Below are positions 1-9,132 of a DNA stretch of 61,092 bases, piece after piece. The DNA is from Chlamydiota bacterium (GTDB lineage Bacteria; Chlamydiota; Chlamydiia; Chlamydiales; SM23-39): positions 1 through 61,092 of the forward strand of contig DAIDIZ010000044.1 of assembly GCA_027451585.1 (NCBI GenBank), in the 5' to 3' direction. Numbering within the stretch: the first letter of the stretch is position 1; the number at the start of each line of letters is the position of its first letter. Position numbers and translations under genes: made by a program. The notes beneath the pieces are model-generated. The model saw only the letters and a list, made by a program, of their open reading frames with translations. It had not been told where the DNA came from and did not search any database.

Positions 1-50
1 GAATGACATTGGGAACCTGGATAATCTTCCTGGCGCTCCTCTTGAGTTCA

Positions 51-254
51 TCATGGTACAGATAATTCCAATGAAGAGCTCTCACTTGGCAATTTCCATA
101 TAATTACCCTTGGAAACCGCAGATAATAGGCTACACTATTATTGACGTCTCGAATTTCCTGAAAGACATCAGAATCTTCACGGAGCCATAACGTGTTTGA
201 ATTCCTATCAAAACATCTGTGAATCGACACCGGAACAACAGGGCAATGCAACAT
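51..254 (-). CDS. small hypothetical ORF (67 aa), doubtful
   Basis: ORF track only. It abuts the 257-709 ORF in a different frame. No motif recognised. Confidence 0.2.
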   Translation of the reverse strand: MLHCPVVPVSIHRCFDRNSNTLWLREDSDVFQEIRDVNNSVAYYLRFPRVIIWKLPSESSSLELSVP

Positions 255-256
255 AT

Positions 257-709
257 TTATTTTCTCCTTCGAGGAATTTGTATATTTTTTAAAGAAGAGT
301 CCTTTTCTTCCGAAAAACCAAATCGGCTTCCTTCAGGAGGTACAACACGAATGCAAACAAAATATTGGTCTTCGATCTCTCTTATCTCAATGTTGCTGAA
401 CTCATTCTCATGTAAAATTCTAGCGATCCGAAGGACCTCAGAGCGGATGATATCGACAAATTTTTGATCATCCGTGGTAACAAGTATTTTGTCCCCGAAG
501 GGAATATATATTTCTTCTTCTGTTCCCAGAGAGGGATAAGCCGCATAGACAAACAGGATTCGATGATAAGCTCCATCTATTTCTAGAGTCGTTTTTTGAT
601 GGCACCTTAGAATATCGTTAACCACCGGCAATTGACTCTGAACAAATTTTATCGGATCGATCCATCTTTCCCCGTAAGAAGAAGAACGCTGACCACCAAC
701 TGCACTCAC
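257..709 (-). CDS. hypothetical protein (150 aa)
   Basis: Longest ORF in the region with ordinary amino-acid composition. No motif recognised. Confidence 0.4.
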   Translation of the reverse strand: MSAVGGQRSSSYGERWIDPIKFVQSQLPVVNDILRCHQKTTLEIDGAYHRILFVYAAYPSLGTEEEIYIPFGDKILVTTDDQKFVDIIRSEVLRIARILHENEFSNIEIREIEDQYFVCIRVVPPEGSRFGFSEEKDSSLKNIQIPRRRK

Positions 710-814
710 AAAAGCCCTTTTTCTTGAAAAGGAGCGAGCTTACCAAAGAAGCTGTGAAAAAAGCTAGCCTCTCCTTTTCATAAATGCGCTATTCGCATAA
801 ACTACCGTGCAACT

Positions 815-850
815 TATACCGAAAGAACATGAAGAATCATTTCTGGTATA
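815..850. repeat. family B palindromic repeat, degenerate short copy
   Basis: TATACCGAAAG...TTTCTGGTATA resembles the B consensus TATACCGGAAATGAT..ATCATTTCCGGTATA. Confidence 0.5.
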
Positions 851-872
851 TTATAATGTAGATTTTTTATAG

Positions 873-916
873 ACGCACTCTCGGGAGATGCCGGCAAAAA
901 ATGTACAAAGTCGAGA
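873..916. repeat. family C repeat, single arm
   Basis: ACGCACTCTCGGGAGATGCCGGCAAAAAATGTACAAAGTCGAG matches the right arm of the copy at 36018-36086 and the reverse complement of 53615-53650. Confidence 0.75.
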
Positions 917-940
917 CTAATGGTATAATTCGAGGTTTTT

Positions 941-1297
941 ATGATTCCACTTCCCCAAGCATGCCGAGTATTCGGTTCCTTTGCTTTCCGCTTTAACGGG
1001 GTCCCCGTTATCTATGACGGACCTGTGCATCAAAAAGTTCTCTCCCAATTAGAGCTCACAGGGAAAAAACTCCAGGACGTCGCGATCACTTTTTTTGGCC
1101 CCTATGAAGAAGAAACAACCTTGTGTCGATCCTCCATGGATGCAGAAGATCTCTTCACCCTTGTTCCAAGAGAAGAGCACAGAGCACAGCGCAAGATAGA
1201 GCCTTCAAGAGTTTCTTGGCTTGGAACCATTTCCCCTGAGATGAAGAAGATTGCAAGTGTTATCTTGTTTGCAATCGGGCTGTTGTGCCTTATTTAA
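941..1297 (+). CDS. hypothetical protein with C-terminal hydrophobic anchor (118 aa)
   Basis: ORF with the C-terminal stretch IASVILFAIGLLCLI. No other motif. Confidence 0.4.
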   Translation: MIPLPQACRVFGSFAFRFNGVPVIYDGPVHQKVLSQLELTGKKLQDVAITFFGPYEEETTLCRSSMDAEDLFTLVPREEHRAQRKIEPSRVSWLGTISPEMKKIASVILFAIGLLCLI

Positions 1298-2042
1298 TCA
1301 GCGAGAAAGATCCACTATTTTTCAGATTGGATTCCCATTCCTTGACATGCTCAAGCAAATCGCTCTTGGATGGGTGCCCTCTGAGATAGGCAAGATTTTC
1401 TTCTTTACTGCTCAAGTGGGCTAATTTAGCGAGCAAATGAAGATGTCTCTTATCATCACACGCAAACAAGAAAAAGAGGATGTCAACCGGATTTCCGTCG
1501 AGAGAACCGTAATCGATAGGCGTCTCAGGGAAGACAACAGCGACCACATCAAACGATTCTTGCAAAAGGAAATCGCGTGTATGAGGAACAGCAATTCCAT
1601 TGGATAGAGCAGTCGACATCAATTTTTCTCTGTCCAAGAGAAGTTCCGTCACCACTTCGACATCCAAAGAGATCTGCAGAGCAATCCTTTCTACAGCGGC
1701 GCGGAGCACCTCTTCCTTGGTCGATCCAGGGACATTCGTGTAGACACCTCCTCGATGGATCGCCCGGTAGAGGCCGAATTGGTGAGTTCCGAGACCCTCT
1801 TTTACCTCCTCGATCGATTCCGTAGAGAAAGGAGAAAAAGAACCTTCCTGCTGACAGCTCAATACCCAGTTCTCGATTTCATCTCGACTGAATCGGTATT
1901 GATTGTGAAGACGATAATAAGGAATGCGGCTTTCAGAGATCCAACGTCGGACAGTTCCTTCAGAAACGTTGAGCAATTCCGCTACATCTTTGAGCTTTAA
2001 GTCCATGATATCCCCTTTTGTCTTGAGAGATCTATATATCAT
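1290..2042 (-). CDS. ptsN: HTH (excisionase/MerR-like) DNA-binding domain fused to PTS EIIA type-2 (PtsN-like) domain
   Basis: The N-terminus has LKDVAELLNVSEGTVRRWISESRIPYYR (HTH_17-like). The C-terminus has GIAVPHTRD, the EIIA-2 active-site His region. The ATG at 2042 overlaps the upstream stop (ATGA). An alternative ATG lies at 2006. Confidence 0.8.
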   Translation of the reverse strand: MIYRSLKTKGDIMDLKLKDVAELLNVSEGTVRRWISESRIPYYRLHNQYRFSRDEIENWVLSCQQEGSFSPFSTESIEEVKEGLGTHQFGLYRAIHRGGVYTNVPGSTKEEVLRAAVERIALQISLDVEVVTELLLDREKLMSTALSNGIAVPHTRDFLLQESFDVVAVVFPETPIDYGSLDGNPVDILFFLFACDDKRHLHLLAKLAHLSSKEENLAYLRGHPSKSDLLEHVKEWESNLKNSGSFSLIK

Positions 2043-2491
2043 GAATCAGAAGAAAAGAGAAGGAAAACTTCTTGAGAAGAGGATGCCTTTAAAATTTTTT
2101 TTCTTAAGTCTACATCGCGAATAGCGGAGGTGAGAAGAGAAAGGATTTGGAGATACTCAGCTTGTTTATCTTCGGGACCGCCAATCATGAAGATGATCCG
2201 AACTGGAGCCTTATCAAGAGCATTCCACTCAATTCCTTTTTGCTGCTGTATTCCAATTGCAATAAAAAATTCTTTGATATCAGGGATTTTTGCGTGAGGG
2301 ACGGCGATTCCCATTCCGATTCCCGTTGAAACGAGACCTTCTCGATGGAAAATCGCCTCTCGAAAAGCGGTCTTATCTTGGAGCTTTCCCTTTTCATCTA
2401 GCAAACAAATCAAAGCCTCGATGGCTTCGTCGCGCGATTCTTCTGTTAAAAAAGCAATCAATTGGGGATTGAGATAGTCTGCGATCTTCAT
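2039..2491 (-). CDS. ptsN: PTS EIIA type-2 / nitrogen-regulatory PtsN-like protein
   Basis: Contains GIGMGIAVPHAKI and RIIFMIGGPE, both EIIA-2 signatures. I placed the start at the internal Met (MKIADYL), which avoids overlap with dut. The track ORF extends to 2569. Confidence 0.85.
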   Translation of the reverse strand: MKIADYLNPQLIAFLTEESRDEAIEALICLLDEKGKLQDKTAFREAIFHREGLVSTGIGMGIAVPHAKIPDIKEFFIAIGIQQQKGIEWNALDKAPVRIIFMIGGPEDKQAEYLQILSLLTSAIRDVDLRKKILKASSSQEVFLLFSSDS

Positions 2492-2534
2492 GATTCCTTT
2501 TTTCTTGAGAGGCCGGAAGAAAGCGGCCAATGGA

Positions 2535-2981
2535 TTAGTTCGCGCCTGTATGACCAAATCGCCCCTCACCCCGGTTAGTCACGGCTAATAAATCGCTTCG
2601 GACAAAGTCGGCCTGAAAGACAGGAGCTAGCACGAGCTGCGCAATCCGCATCTTTGGATCGATTACAAAAGGATTTTTGCCATGATTGATTAAAATAACA
2701 GCAATCTCACCCCGATAATCGGCATCGATCGTTCCGGGAGCATTCAAAACTGTGATCTGGTGTTTTGCAGCAAATCCGCTTCTAGGTCTCACCTGGATTT
2801 CGTAGCCTCTTGGCACTTCGACCCTAATTCCTGTAGGAATGATAGCCGAACATCCCGGCAAGATTGTGATAGGCTCTACAATAAAGGCCCTCACATCACA
2901 ACCAGAAGAGCTTTCCGTTGCGTAAGACGGAATGAATTCCTCATCTTCAACTAAAATAGGAACACTGATTTTTTCAAACAC
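2535..2981 (-). CDS. dut: dUTP diphosphatase
   Basis: dUTPase motifs are present: [26 protein letters not shown] and [10 protein letters not shown]. Confidence 0.95.
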   Translation of the reverse strand: MFEKISVPILVEDEEFIPSYATESSSGCDVRAFIVEPITILPGCSAIIPTGIRVEVPRGYEIQVRPRSGFAAKHQITVLNAPGTIDADYRGEIAVILINHGKNPFVIDPKMRIAQLVLAPVFQADFVRSDLLAVTNRGEGRFGHTGAN

Positions 2982-3897
2982 GAGATCTCTCGGCGATGGT
3001 TAGGAGTTCTTTTAAACGATGCGGCATTTTTTGCGCAACATTTTCTTTAAAACGATCGTTACCCATCAAGAAAGAGAGAAATACATTGAGGCGCTCTTTC
3101 AATGCCGAACGCTTGACAATACAATCGATCATTCCCTTTTCAAGGAGAAATTCAGATTTTTGTGCTTTGGGGGGCAATTTTTGACCAATTGTTTGTTCAA
3201 CAACACGGGGGCCTGCAAAGGCTATCAACGCATCGGGCTCAGCGATGATCACATCTCCAAGCGTTGCAAACGAAGCCGTTACACCGCCTGTTGTTGGATT
3301 TGTCAGAACTGAAATATAGGGAATTTTCGCTTCATGCAAGAGAGCTAAAGCAGCCGATGTTTTTGCCATTTGCATTAAAGAAAGGATGGACTCTTGCATT
3401 CGAGCACCGCCCGACGCAGAGACGATGATGAGGGGAATTCTTTTCCCTTTTGCAAGTTCAATTAAGCGAGTGAGTCTTTCTCCTAAGACGGAGCCCATCG
3501 AGCCGCCCATGAAAGAGAAATCGAGGACTGCTAGAGCAATCGATCTTCCTTTGAGTTCACAGACTCCGACGCAAATAGCATCGTCTCGACCCGTCTTTTG
3601 TTTAGCCTGTTCGAGGCGGGAGGGATAAGACTCTGTATCAACAAATCCCAGAGAATCGAGAGGCTTGACTTCAGTAAAATATTCAGTAAACGTCCCCTCA
3701 TCTGCGAGCAAATCAATTCTTTGCTTTAAAGAAAGACGGTAGTGATAGCCACATTTCGGGCAACAATGGAAGTGAAGAGCAAGCTCATTTGCATGGATTA
3801 ATTCCGCACAACCGGAGCATTTAACCCATCCGCTAAACCCATCCTTTCTTACAGTTTGGATTTTAATCTTTGGTTTAATCTTAGAAAATAATCCCAT
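2974..3897 (-). CDS. accD: acetyl-CoA carboxylase carboxyltransferase beta subunit
   Basis: The N-terminus has a Cys4 zinc ribbon (CSGCAEL...[10 protein letters not shown]), followed by a carboxyltransferase domain ([24 protein letters not shown]). Confidence 0.95.
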   Translation of the reverse strand: MGLFSKIKPKIKIQTVRKDGFSGWVKCSGCAELIHANELALHFHCCPKCGYHYRLSLKQRIDLLADEGTFTEYFTEVKPLDSLGFVDTESYPSRLEQAKQKTGRDDAICVGVCELKGRSIALAVLDFSFMGGSMGSVLGERLTRLIELAKGKRIPLIIVSASGGARMQESILSLMQMAKTSAALALLHEAKIPYISVLTNPTTGGVTASFATLGDVIIAEPDALIAFAGPRVVEQTIGQKLPPKAQKSEFLLEKGMIDCIVKRSALKERLNVFLSFLMGNDRFKENVAQKMPHRLKELLTIAERSRV

Positions 3898-3931
3898 TTG
3901 CCCGAGATGATAACAGTGAGATCTCTACAGG

Positions 3932-4546
3932 TCAAGCACCCGCTTTCAAAAGACGCTCTTCTACCTGCCGCCAATCAAAAATTTTCCATAACGCTTTGAC
4001 ATAATCGGCGCGTACATTCTTGTACTGGAGATAGTAAGCATGTTCCCAGACATCGATTCCAAGTAGAGGGACCAACCCCTGAGAGCTCAACGGGTCCTGA
4101 TTTACGCAAGTAGCGATTTCAAGCCGTTTGAACCCCTTATTGTACCCGAGCCAACCCCAGCCCGACCCTTGGATCGCAATGGAGGCATTGGTTAACTTTT
4201 CTTGAAACTGAGCAAAAGAACCAAAATCCCGGTCGATGAGCTTCGCCACATCTCCCTTCGGCCCCTCACCACCGCCCTTCGAAAGAGGAGCGAGAATCGT
4301 CCAAAAAATACTATGATTGATATGACCGCCCCCATTGAACTTGATCGCCGCCTGGAGCGAGATCATCTGAGAGATATCATTTTTTGTTTCCGCCTCGTGA
4401 TATTTTTCCAACGCGGCATTCAAGTTCGTGACATAGACTTTGTGATGCTTGCTATAGTGAAGCTCCATGATCTCTGTCGAGATGACAGGTTCAAGAGCAT
4501 TGAAATCGTAGGGAAGATCAGGGAGTTGATGAGTTGTTTGATGCAT
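3932..4546 (-). CDS. sodA: Fe/Mn superoxide dismutase
   Basis: Contains [30 protein letters not shown] and [13 protein letters not shown]. Confidence 0.95.
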   Translation of the reverse strand: MHQTTHQLPDLPYDFNALEPVISTEIMELHYSKHHKVYVTNLNAALEKYHEAETKNDISQMISLQAAIKFNGGGHINHSIFWTILAPLSKGGGEGPKGDVAKLIDRDFGSFAQFQEKLTNASIAIQGSGWGWLGYNKGFKRLEIATCVNQDPLSSQGLVPLLGIDVWEHAYYLQYKNVRADYVKALWKIFDWRQVEERLLKAGA

Positions 4547-4683
4547 AAAGGGAAAACTCCTTTTTCCTCAAAACTCTAATCGACTGAGCGATTTACAAGC
4601 AATGGGAAGAAAATCGTCATTCTTATGTACAAGAAACCGTCGAATCAAAAGAATGTTGACTCAAACCGGAGGCATAATGAATC

Positions 4684-4779
4684 TATACTCGTTCCACCCC
4701 AAAATGGCCCAAGAAAACCGAATTTAAAGCATCAAATTTTTTATTGAAAATTTGATGCTTTAAATTCGGTTTTCTTGGG
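4684..4779. repeat. family A palindromic repeat (right outer arm missing)
   Basis: The sequence is TATACTCGTTCCACCCCAAAATGGCCCAAGAAAACCGAATTTAAAGCATCAAATTTT..AAAATTTGATGCTTTAAATTCGGTTTTCTTGGG. The inner 70 bp is a near-perfect palindrome. Confidence 0.85.
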
Positions 4780-4966
4780 TAGTAGCAAACCTCCAAGCAG
4801 TGGGTGGTCTGAAGTGTCAAGACCAAAAACCTATTCACATAGACGCTATCTTAGGCGTAGAGTTTTTCAAAACCCACCCTGTTTTCTTGGACTTTGCAGG
4901 AAAGGCAGCTTACTTCTTTCCACAAAATATCGTCTCTGATATCAGTGAATTAAAAGGTGTGTAGAT

Positions 4967-5470
4967 ATGGACGATCTTTGGCAAATACTGAACGGAATTC
5001 CTTGGTGGGTCTATCTCCTCTTCATTATTCTTGTGAGACTAGGCCTTCGATCGATAAAACCAAGAACGATCACACTGCAAAGACTAAGTCTTCTTCCTCT
5101 TGTTTTCATCCTTTGGTCCCTGCTAAAGCTCTATCAGAATCACGGCTTTGCATTCCCTTCCCTAATCGTTTGGTGGATTCTCTGTTTAGGCATGGGCGCC
5201 TATCTCGGTGTCAAAGAAGTTTCCTCTTGGAAACTTCACGTAGATAAAGAGAAAAAAACCATCACCATTCCCGGCAATTACTCAACGCTTGTGTTGATCC
5301 TTGCCATTTTTATTCTCAATTTTTTCTGGGGCTATTTTTACGCCACTTCAAGGATCCCTATTCCTCATTGGATCCGGCTGGCTGATACCATCTCAACGAC
5401 CACCTGCACCGGCTTCTTCGTAGGAAGAGGCGGATTGTTTCTCAAACGATATCTCTCTCATCGGGGTTAG
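4967..5470 (+). CDS. integral membrane protein, 4-5 predicted TM helices (167 aa)
   Basis: Several hydrophobic stretches are present (WWVYLLFIILV, LLPLVFILWSLL, LIVWWILCLGMGAYL, LVLILAIFILNFFWGYF). No family recognised. Confidence 0.5.
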   Translation: MDDLWQILNGIPWWVYLLFIILVRLGLRSIKPRTITLQRLSLLPLVFILWSLLKLYQNHGFAFPSLIVWWILCLGMGAYLGVKEVSSWKLHVDKEKKTITIPGNYSTLVLILAIFILNFFWGYFYATSRIPIPHWIRLADTISTTTCTGFFVGRGGLFLKRYLSHRG

Positions 5471-5595
5471 ATCTGCCAATCGCCATTAGTTCCACATCCA
5501 CAGGGAACGCGCCTGAGGTAGCCCGCAAAACTCGCCTTGAGAAGAAATTTTGATGATTTTGGTCTTAGGCGATTTGCGAAAAATTACGCCCAACG

Positions 5596-6234
5596 TCAAA
5601 AAGGCAAAACCGCTTCCAAACGGAGTTTTGCGACAACCTCCTCTCTCATCCGGATTAAGGCTGCCTTGGTGACGGGGCCAATCGCCGTCAGCTTCACATC
5701 CGCAGGAAACGCACCAAAGAGCGCTAAAAACGCCTGAACAGTGGACGGGCTTGTAAACACAATCTCCTCCACTTCCGTCAACATGGGCGGTTTATCCACC
5801 CGATTGGGAAGCGGTTCATACAGATCGAACACAAACGAAGAAAACGGGGAAAGGAACTCTCCGAGTTTGTCCCTTGCCAGTTTCGATTTAGGCCAGAGGA
5901 GAAAGGCTTGCGACAGATCCATCGCTTTTAAAAGAGCGATGATCCCTTCTTGCGTTTCCTCTTGCGCAATCAGCGGAGAATAGCCCTTTTGCCGCAAAGC
6001 CTTTGCCGTCACCTCTCCTACAGCAATCGCTACAACGTCCCGATACGTCACCTCCTCGCACCAAAACCGGACCGCCGTTTGGCTCGTGAAAATCACATGG
6101 GTAAACTCTTTCCAACGTCGCTTTGCCTCGGCAAGCTCAGAAGAGAGGATCTTCTCGACCCGAATCACAGGGAAATGGACCAATTTTTTTTGTCTTGGAA
6201 ACCGACTAGGATCTAACCCTAAGTAAAGAATCAT
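5596..6234 (-). CDS. hemD: uroporphyrinogen-III synthase
   Basis: The pattern looks HemD-like (FPVIRVE, VIFTSQTAVRFW, IAVGEVTAKAL, IVFTSPSTVQAF). The start overlaps the hemC stop (ATGA). Confidence 0.7.
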   Translation of the reverse strand: MILYLGLDPSRFPRQKKLVHFPVIRVEKILSSELAEAKRRWKEFTHVIFTSQTAVRFWCEEVTYRDVVAIAVGEVTAKALRQKGYSPLIAQEETQEGIIALLKAMDLSQAFLLWPKSKLARDKLGEFLSPFSSFVFDLYEPLPNRVDKPPMLTEVEEIVFTSPSTVQAFLALFGAFPADVKLTAIGPVTKAALIRMREEVVAKLRLEAVLPF

Positions 6235-6869
6235 GGGCGATGTAATACAGCTAATTGGGAACAGAGATCCCGGTTTTCCGTTTTTCCAATGAGAGCGAGC
6301 CGCCCTTGATGGAGAGCTGTTTCTCCCGGCAAAACCTGTCGATGGAGATGGGTGAGTTGCAACCGAATGAGAGCCGCCTCTGCGACAACCACCCCATCTA
6401 CAACTCCTTTCTCAAGTAAAGCGAGCCTTTCACCAATGGTTCCCCTTAAGTCGACAAAATGGGCTTTTGGGTAAAGAGAGCGGACCACCCCCTCACGTCT
6501 ACTGCTTGAAGTGGCAACAAGCCCGTCTTCAGGGAACGCGAATCCTCTTCGAAAAACCAGACTATCGCGAGGATCAAGCCCGGCCGTAAGAACCCAAAGA
6601 GAGAGCCCCTGAGGGAGCGGGTCAGGAAGATCTTTGGCCGAGTGGATCGCCATCTCGATTGTCCCCGCCAAAACCATTTGATCGAGCTCTCTTGTGAAAA
6701 AATCGGTCTTTTCAAGAAAACGGAGCGATGTTTTCTTATCCCGATCTCCCACTGTTTCAACCCAAATCAGATCGAGCTCCATCCTCAAGGGGAGCAAAAG
6801 AGATCTCACTTCCTCCACCTGAGCCCGAGATAAAGGAGAAGAGCGGGCGCCCGCAACAATCCTTTTCAA
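6231..6869 (-). CDS. hemC: porphobilinogen deaminase (short form)
   Basis: Contains GARSSPLSRAQV, ETVGDRD and IHSAKDLP. The TTG start overlaps the radA stop (TTGA). Confidence 0.85.
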   Translation of the reverse strand: MKRIVAGARSSPLSRAQVEEVRSLLLPLRMELDLIWVETVGDRDKKTSLRFLEKTDFFTRELDQMVLAGTIEMAIHSAKDLPDPLPQGLSLWVLTAGLDPRDSLVFRRGFAFPEDGLVATSSSRREGVVRSLYPKAHFVDLRGTIGERLALLEKGVVDGVVVAEAALIRLQLTHLHRQVLPGETALHQGRLALIGKTENRDLCSQLAVLHRP

Positions 6870-8236
6870 TCCAAAACGCTCCGGATCGCATCATCAACTA
6901 ACTCTACCTCGATCAGAGCGATTTTTTCTACAATCGAAGGAGAAAGCCCACGCATGTTTCTCTTCGGCAAAATACACCGTTTAAAACCCATGTGAATCGC
7001 CTCTTTAAGACGTGTCTCAATGCGACTCACCCCCCGCACTTCGCCTCCCAAACCCACTTCACCCACCACAACTAGATCCCCTGGTAAAGCCCGATTTGTA
7101 AATGAAGAAGCGATCGCTAGAAGAACCCCCAGATCGATCGCCGGTTCCAAGATTTTTAACCCCCCAGCCAGAGCCACAAAGACATCTGAATGGTGCAAAC
7201 TAAATCCCACCCTTTTTTCCAATACCGCTAGCAATAGAGCCAATCGATTTTGATCGATCCCCGTTGACCTCCGCGATGGCGACGGAAACGCTGTTGGCGT
7301 CACAAGCGCCTGAATCTCAAGGAGAAAAGACCTCGCACCCTCTAAACCAGGAACGATGGCTGAACCTGGGAGCTCTTTCATTCTTTCAGCCAAGAACGCG
7401 TGAGAGGGATTTGCCACCTCCGTCAAGCCCCCCTCTTTCATCTGGAAAATGGAGATTTCATCCGTAGAGCCGAATCGATTTTTGATCGCTCTAAGCAGTC
7501 GATACCCATGCTGCCGATCCCCTTCAAAATCAAGGACCGTATCGACCAAATGCTCCAGCACCCGAGGTCCCGCCAGCTCGCCTGATTTTGTCACATGGCC
7601 GATCAAAAATGTGGTGATGCCATGACCTTTGGCCAAATGCATGAATTCCGTTGCAATCTCTCTTACCTGGACAACCGATCCTGGAGACGAAGGAAGTTCT
7701 GCTTTGTAGACAATCTGGACCGAATCAACGATCGCCACATCAGGTTGGAGAACATCGATTTGCGCGCGAATGGCGCTGAACGAAGTTTCGCTGAGCAAAT
7801 AGAGATTTTGGTGATCAACACCAAGGCGCAGAGCTCTGAGCGACGTCTGTTCATTCGATTCCTCGCCGCAAATGTACAAAACAGTAAGACCTTGAGTTGC
7901 CAATGCATTGGCAATTTGGAGAAGAAGTGTCGATTTCCCCACCCCCGGTTCTCCGCCGATCAAGATCAAAGATCCCTCGACGATGCCACCTCCGAACAAT
8001 CGATCGAGCTCACCGATCTTTGTCTCGATCCTTTTGAAAGCCCCGATCGGCACATCGCGAATCCGGATTGGTTTTGCCGATTCCTTGTTCTTCGCTTCGA
8101 ATCGTTGTTTCTTCTCTTCAACCTGGACCTCTTCGAGTAGAGAATTCCACAACTGGCACCCTCCGCAACTCCCCGTCCATTTCAATTGCGAGTGACCACA
8201 TTCTTTGCAAACCCAGGCGATTTTTGTTTTAGCCAT
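6866..8236 (-). CDS. radA: DNA repair protein RadA/Sms
   Basis: Has a zinc ribbon (CKECGHSQLKWTGSCGGC), Walker A (GGEPGVGKSTLLLQ), KNRFG, and a Lon-like C-terminal domain. I placed the start at MAKTKIAWVC. The track ORF extends to 8305. Confidence 0.95.
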   Translation of the reverse strand: MAKTKIAWVCKECGHSQLKWTGSCGGCQLWNSLLEEVQVEEKKQRFEAKNKESAKPIRIRDVPIGAFKRIETKIGELDRLFGGGIVEGSLILIGGEPGVGKSTLLLQIANALATQGLTVLYICGEESNEQTSLRALRLGVDHQNLYLLSETSFSAIRAQIDVLQPDVAIVDSVQIVYKAELPSSPGSVVQVREIATEFMHLAKGHGITTFLIGHVTKSGELAGPRVLEHLVDTVLDFEGDRQHGYRLLRAIKNRFGSTDEISIFQMKEGGLTEVANPSHAFLAERMKELPGSAIVPGLEGARSFLLEIQALVTPTAFPSPSRRSTGIDQNRLALLLAVLEKRVGFSLHHSDVFVALAGGLKILEPAIDLGVLLAIASSFTNRALPGDLVVVGEVGLGGEVRGVSRIETRLKEAIHMGFKRCILPKRNMRGLSPSIVEKIALIEVELVDDAIRSVLD

Positions 8237-8945
8237 GGCGATCCACCCCCAGGTGACCAAGCGCCTCAAAAGCAGCCCTTTGCTCCGCCTCTTTTTTCGA
8301 TTCACCTATGCCCATCCCCACCTCTTTGTCATCAACCCAAACCGAGATATGGAACACCTTGGCATGATCAGGCCCCGTCTCCAGCATCACCTTGTAAAGC
8401 GGCGCCTGGCGAAATTTTTTCTGCGAGTAATCTTGCAATTCCGCCTTGTAATTGCGCGAAGGAGTCCCCATGACCACCTCCATATCATCTTGAAAGTGAG
8501 TCAATAGGAAGCCCTTAGCCATCGCCATGCCCCCATCGATAAAAATCGCCCCCACGATCGCCTCAAACGCATCGGCCAAAATCGACGTCTTCGCCTTTCC
8601 CTCTGTGAGCGACTCTCCCCGCCCTAGCAAAATGTACTCAGGCAAAAGAAGCTTTTGCAGGTAATAAGCGCACGCCTGTGCATCGACAATTCTTGAGCGA
8701 AACTGCGACAGGGGCCCTTCCGAGTAATCAGGGAGCCGTTCATACAAGAAGGCGGAGACCACAAGCCCTAACACCGCATCTCCCAAAAACTCAAGCCGCT
8801 CATTATGCGTTTCGACAAGCTGCCTATGCTCGTTCACAAACGAGCGGTGCGTAAAAGCGAGAATGAGCAGATCGCTATTTTTGAACGAGTAGCCGAGCTT
8901 CTCTTCAATGAGGGGGAGATTTTTTCGAAGGCGGTCCAACTGCAT
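8229..8945 (-). CDS. rnc: ribonuclease III
   Basis: Carries the RNase III signature NERLEFLGDAVLG plus a C-terminal dsRBD (GPDHAKVF...GESKKEAEQRAA). Confidence 0.95.
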   Translation of the reverse strand: MQLDRLRKNLPLIEEKLGYSFKNSDLLILAFTHRSFVNEHRQLVETHNERLEFLGDAVLGLVVSAFLYERLPDYSEGPLSQFRSRIVDAQACAYYLQKLLLPEYILLGRGESLTEGKAKTSILADAFEAIVGAIFIDGGMAMAKGFLLTHFQDDMEVVMGTPSRNYKAELQDYSQKKFRQAPLYKVMLETGPDHAKVFHISVWVDDKEVGMGIGESKKEAEQRAAFEALGHLGVDRHG

Positions 8946-9132
8946 GAAGTCATTTTAAGAAAATGCCCTTTATTTGAATATAGCCGTTTTCTCCCCGGGC
9001 GTGTCTACCGACGAGAAGAAGCCATCATCTATAATCAATTAAAGATAAGACACTTATAGACATCTACAAAATTCCCTTGTTAGCCCTCTATTGATCCAAT
9101 CCCACTCTTGGGGTAAAATAGCTGTCACCTCT

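Noticed and set aside
7595-8140. 181-aa plus-strand ORF inside radA. Similar long antisense ORFs occur at 34880-35431 (tig), 32622-33463 (clpX), 30767-31288 (mfd), 47233-47787 (sctN), 42447-43178 (372-aa translocator-like gene), 51061-51693 (sctO/sctP), and 56127-56714 and 56621-57424 (sctC).
   Set aside because: All lie fully antisense to genes with strong motif support. Their compositions are skewed (F/L/S/C/R-rich mirror images of K/E-rich genes). They have no ribosome-binding sites or motifs. They are shadow ORFs.
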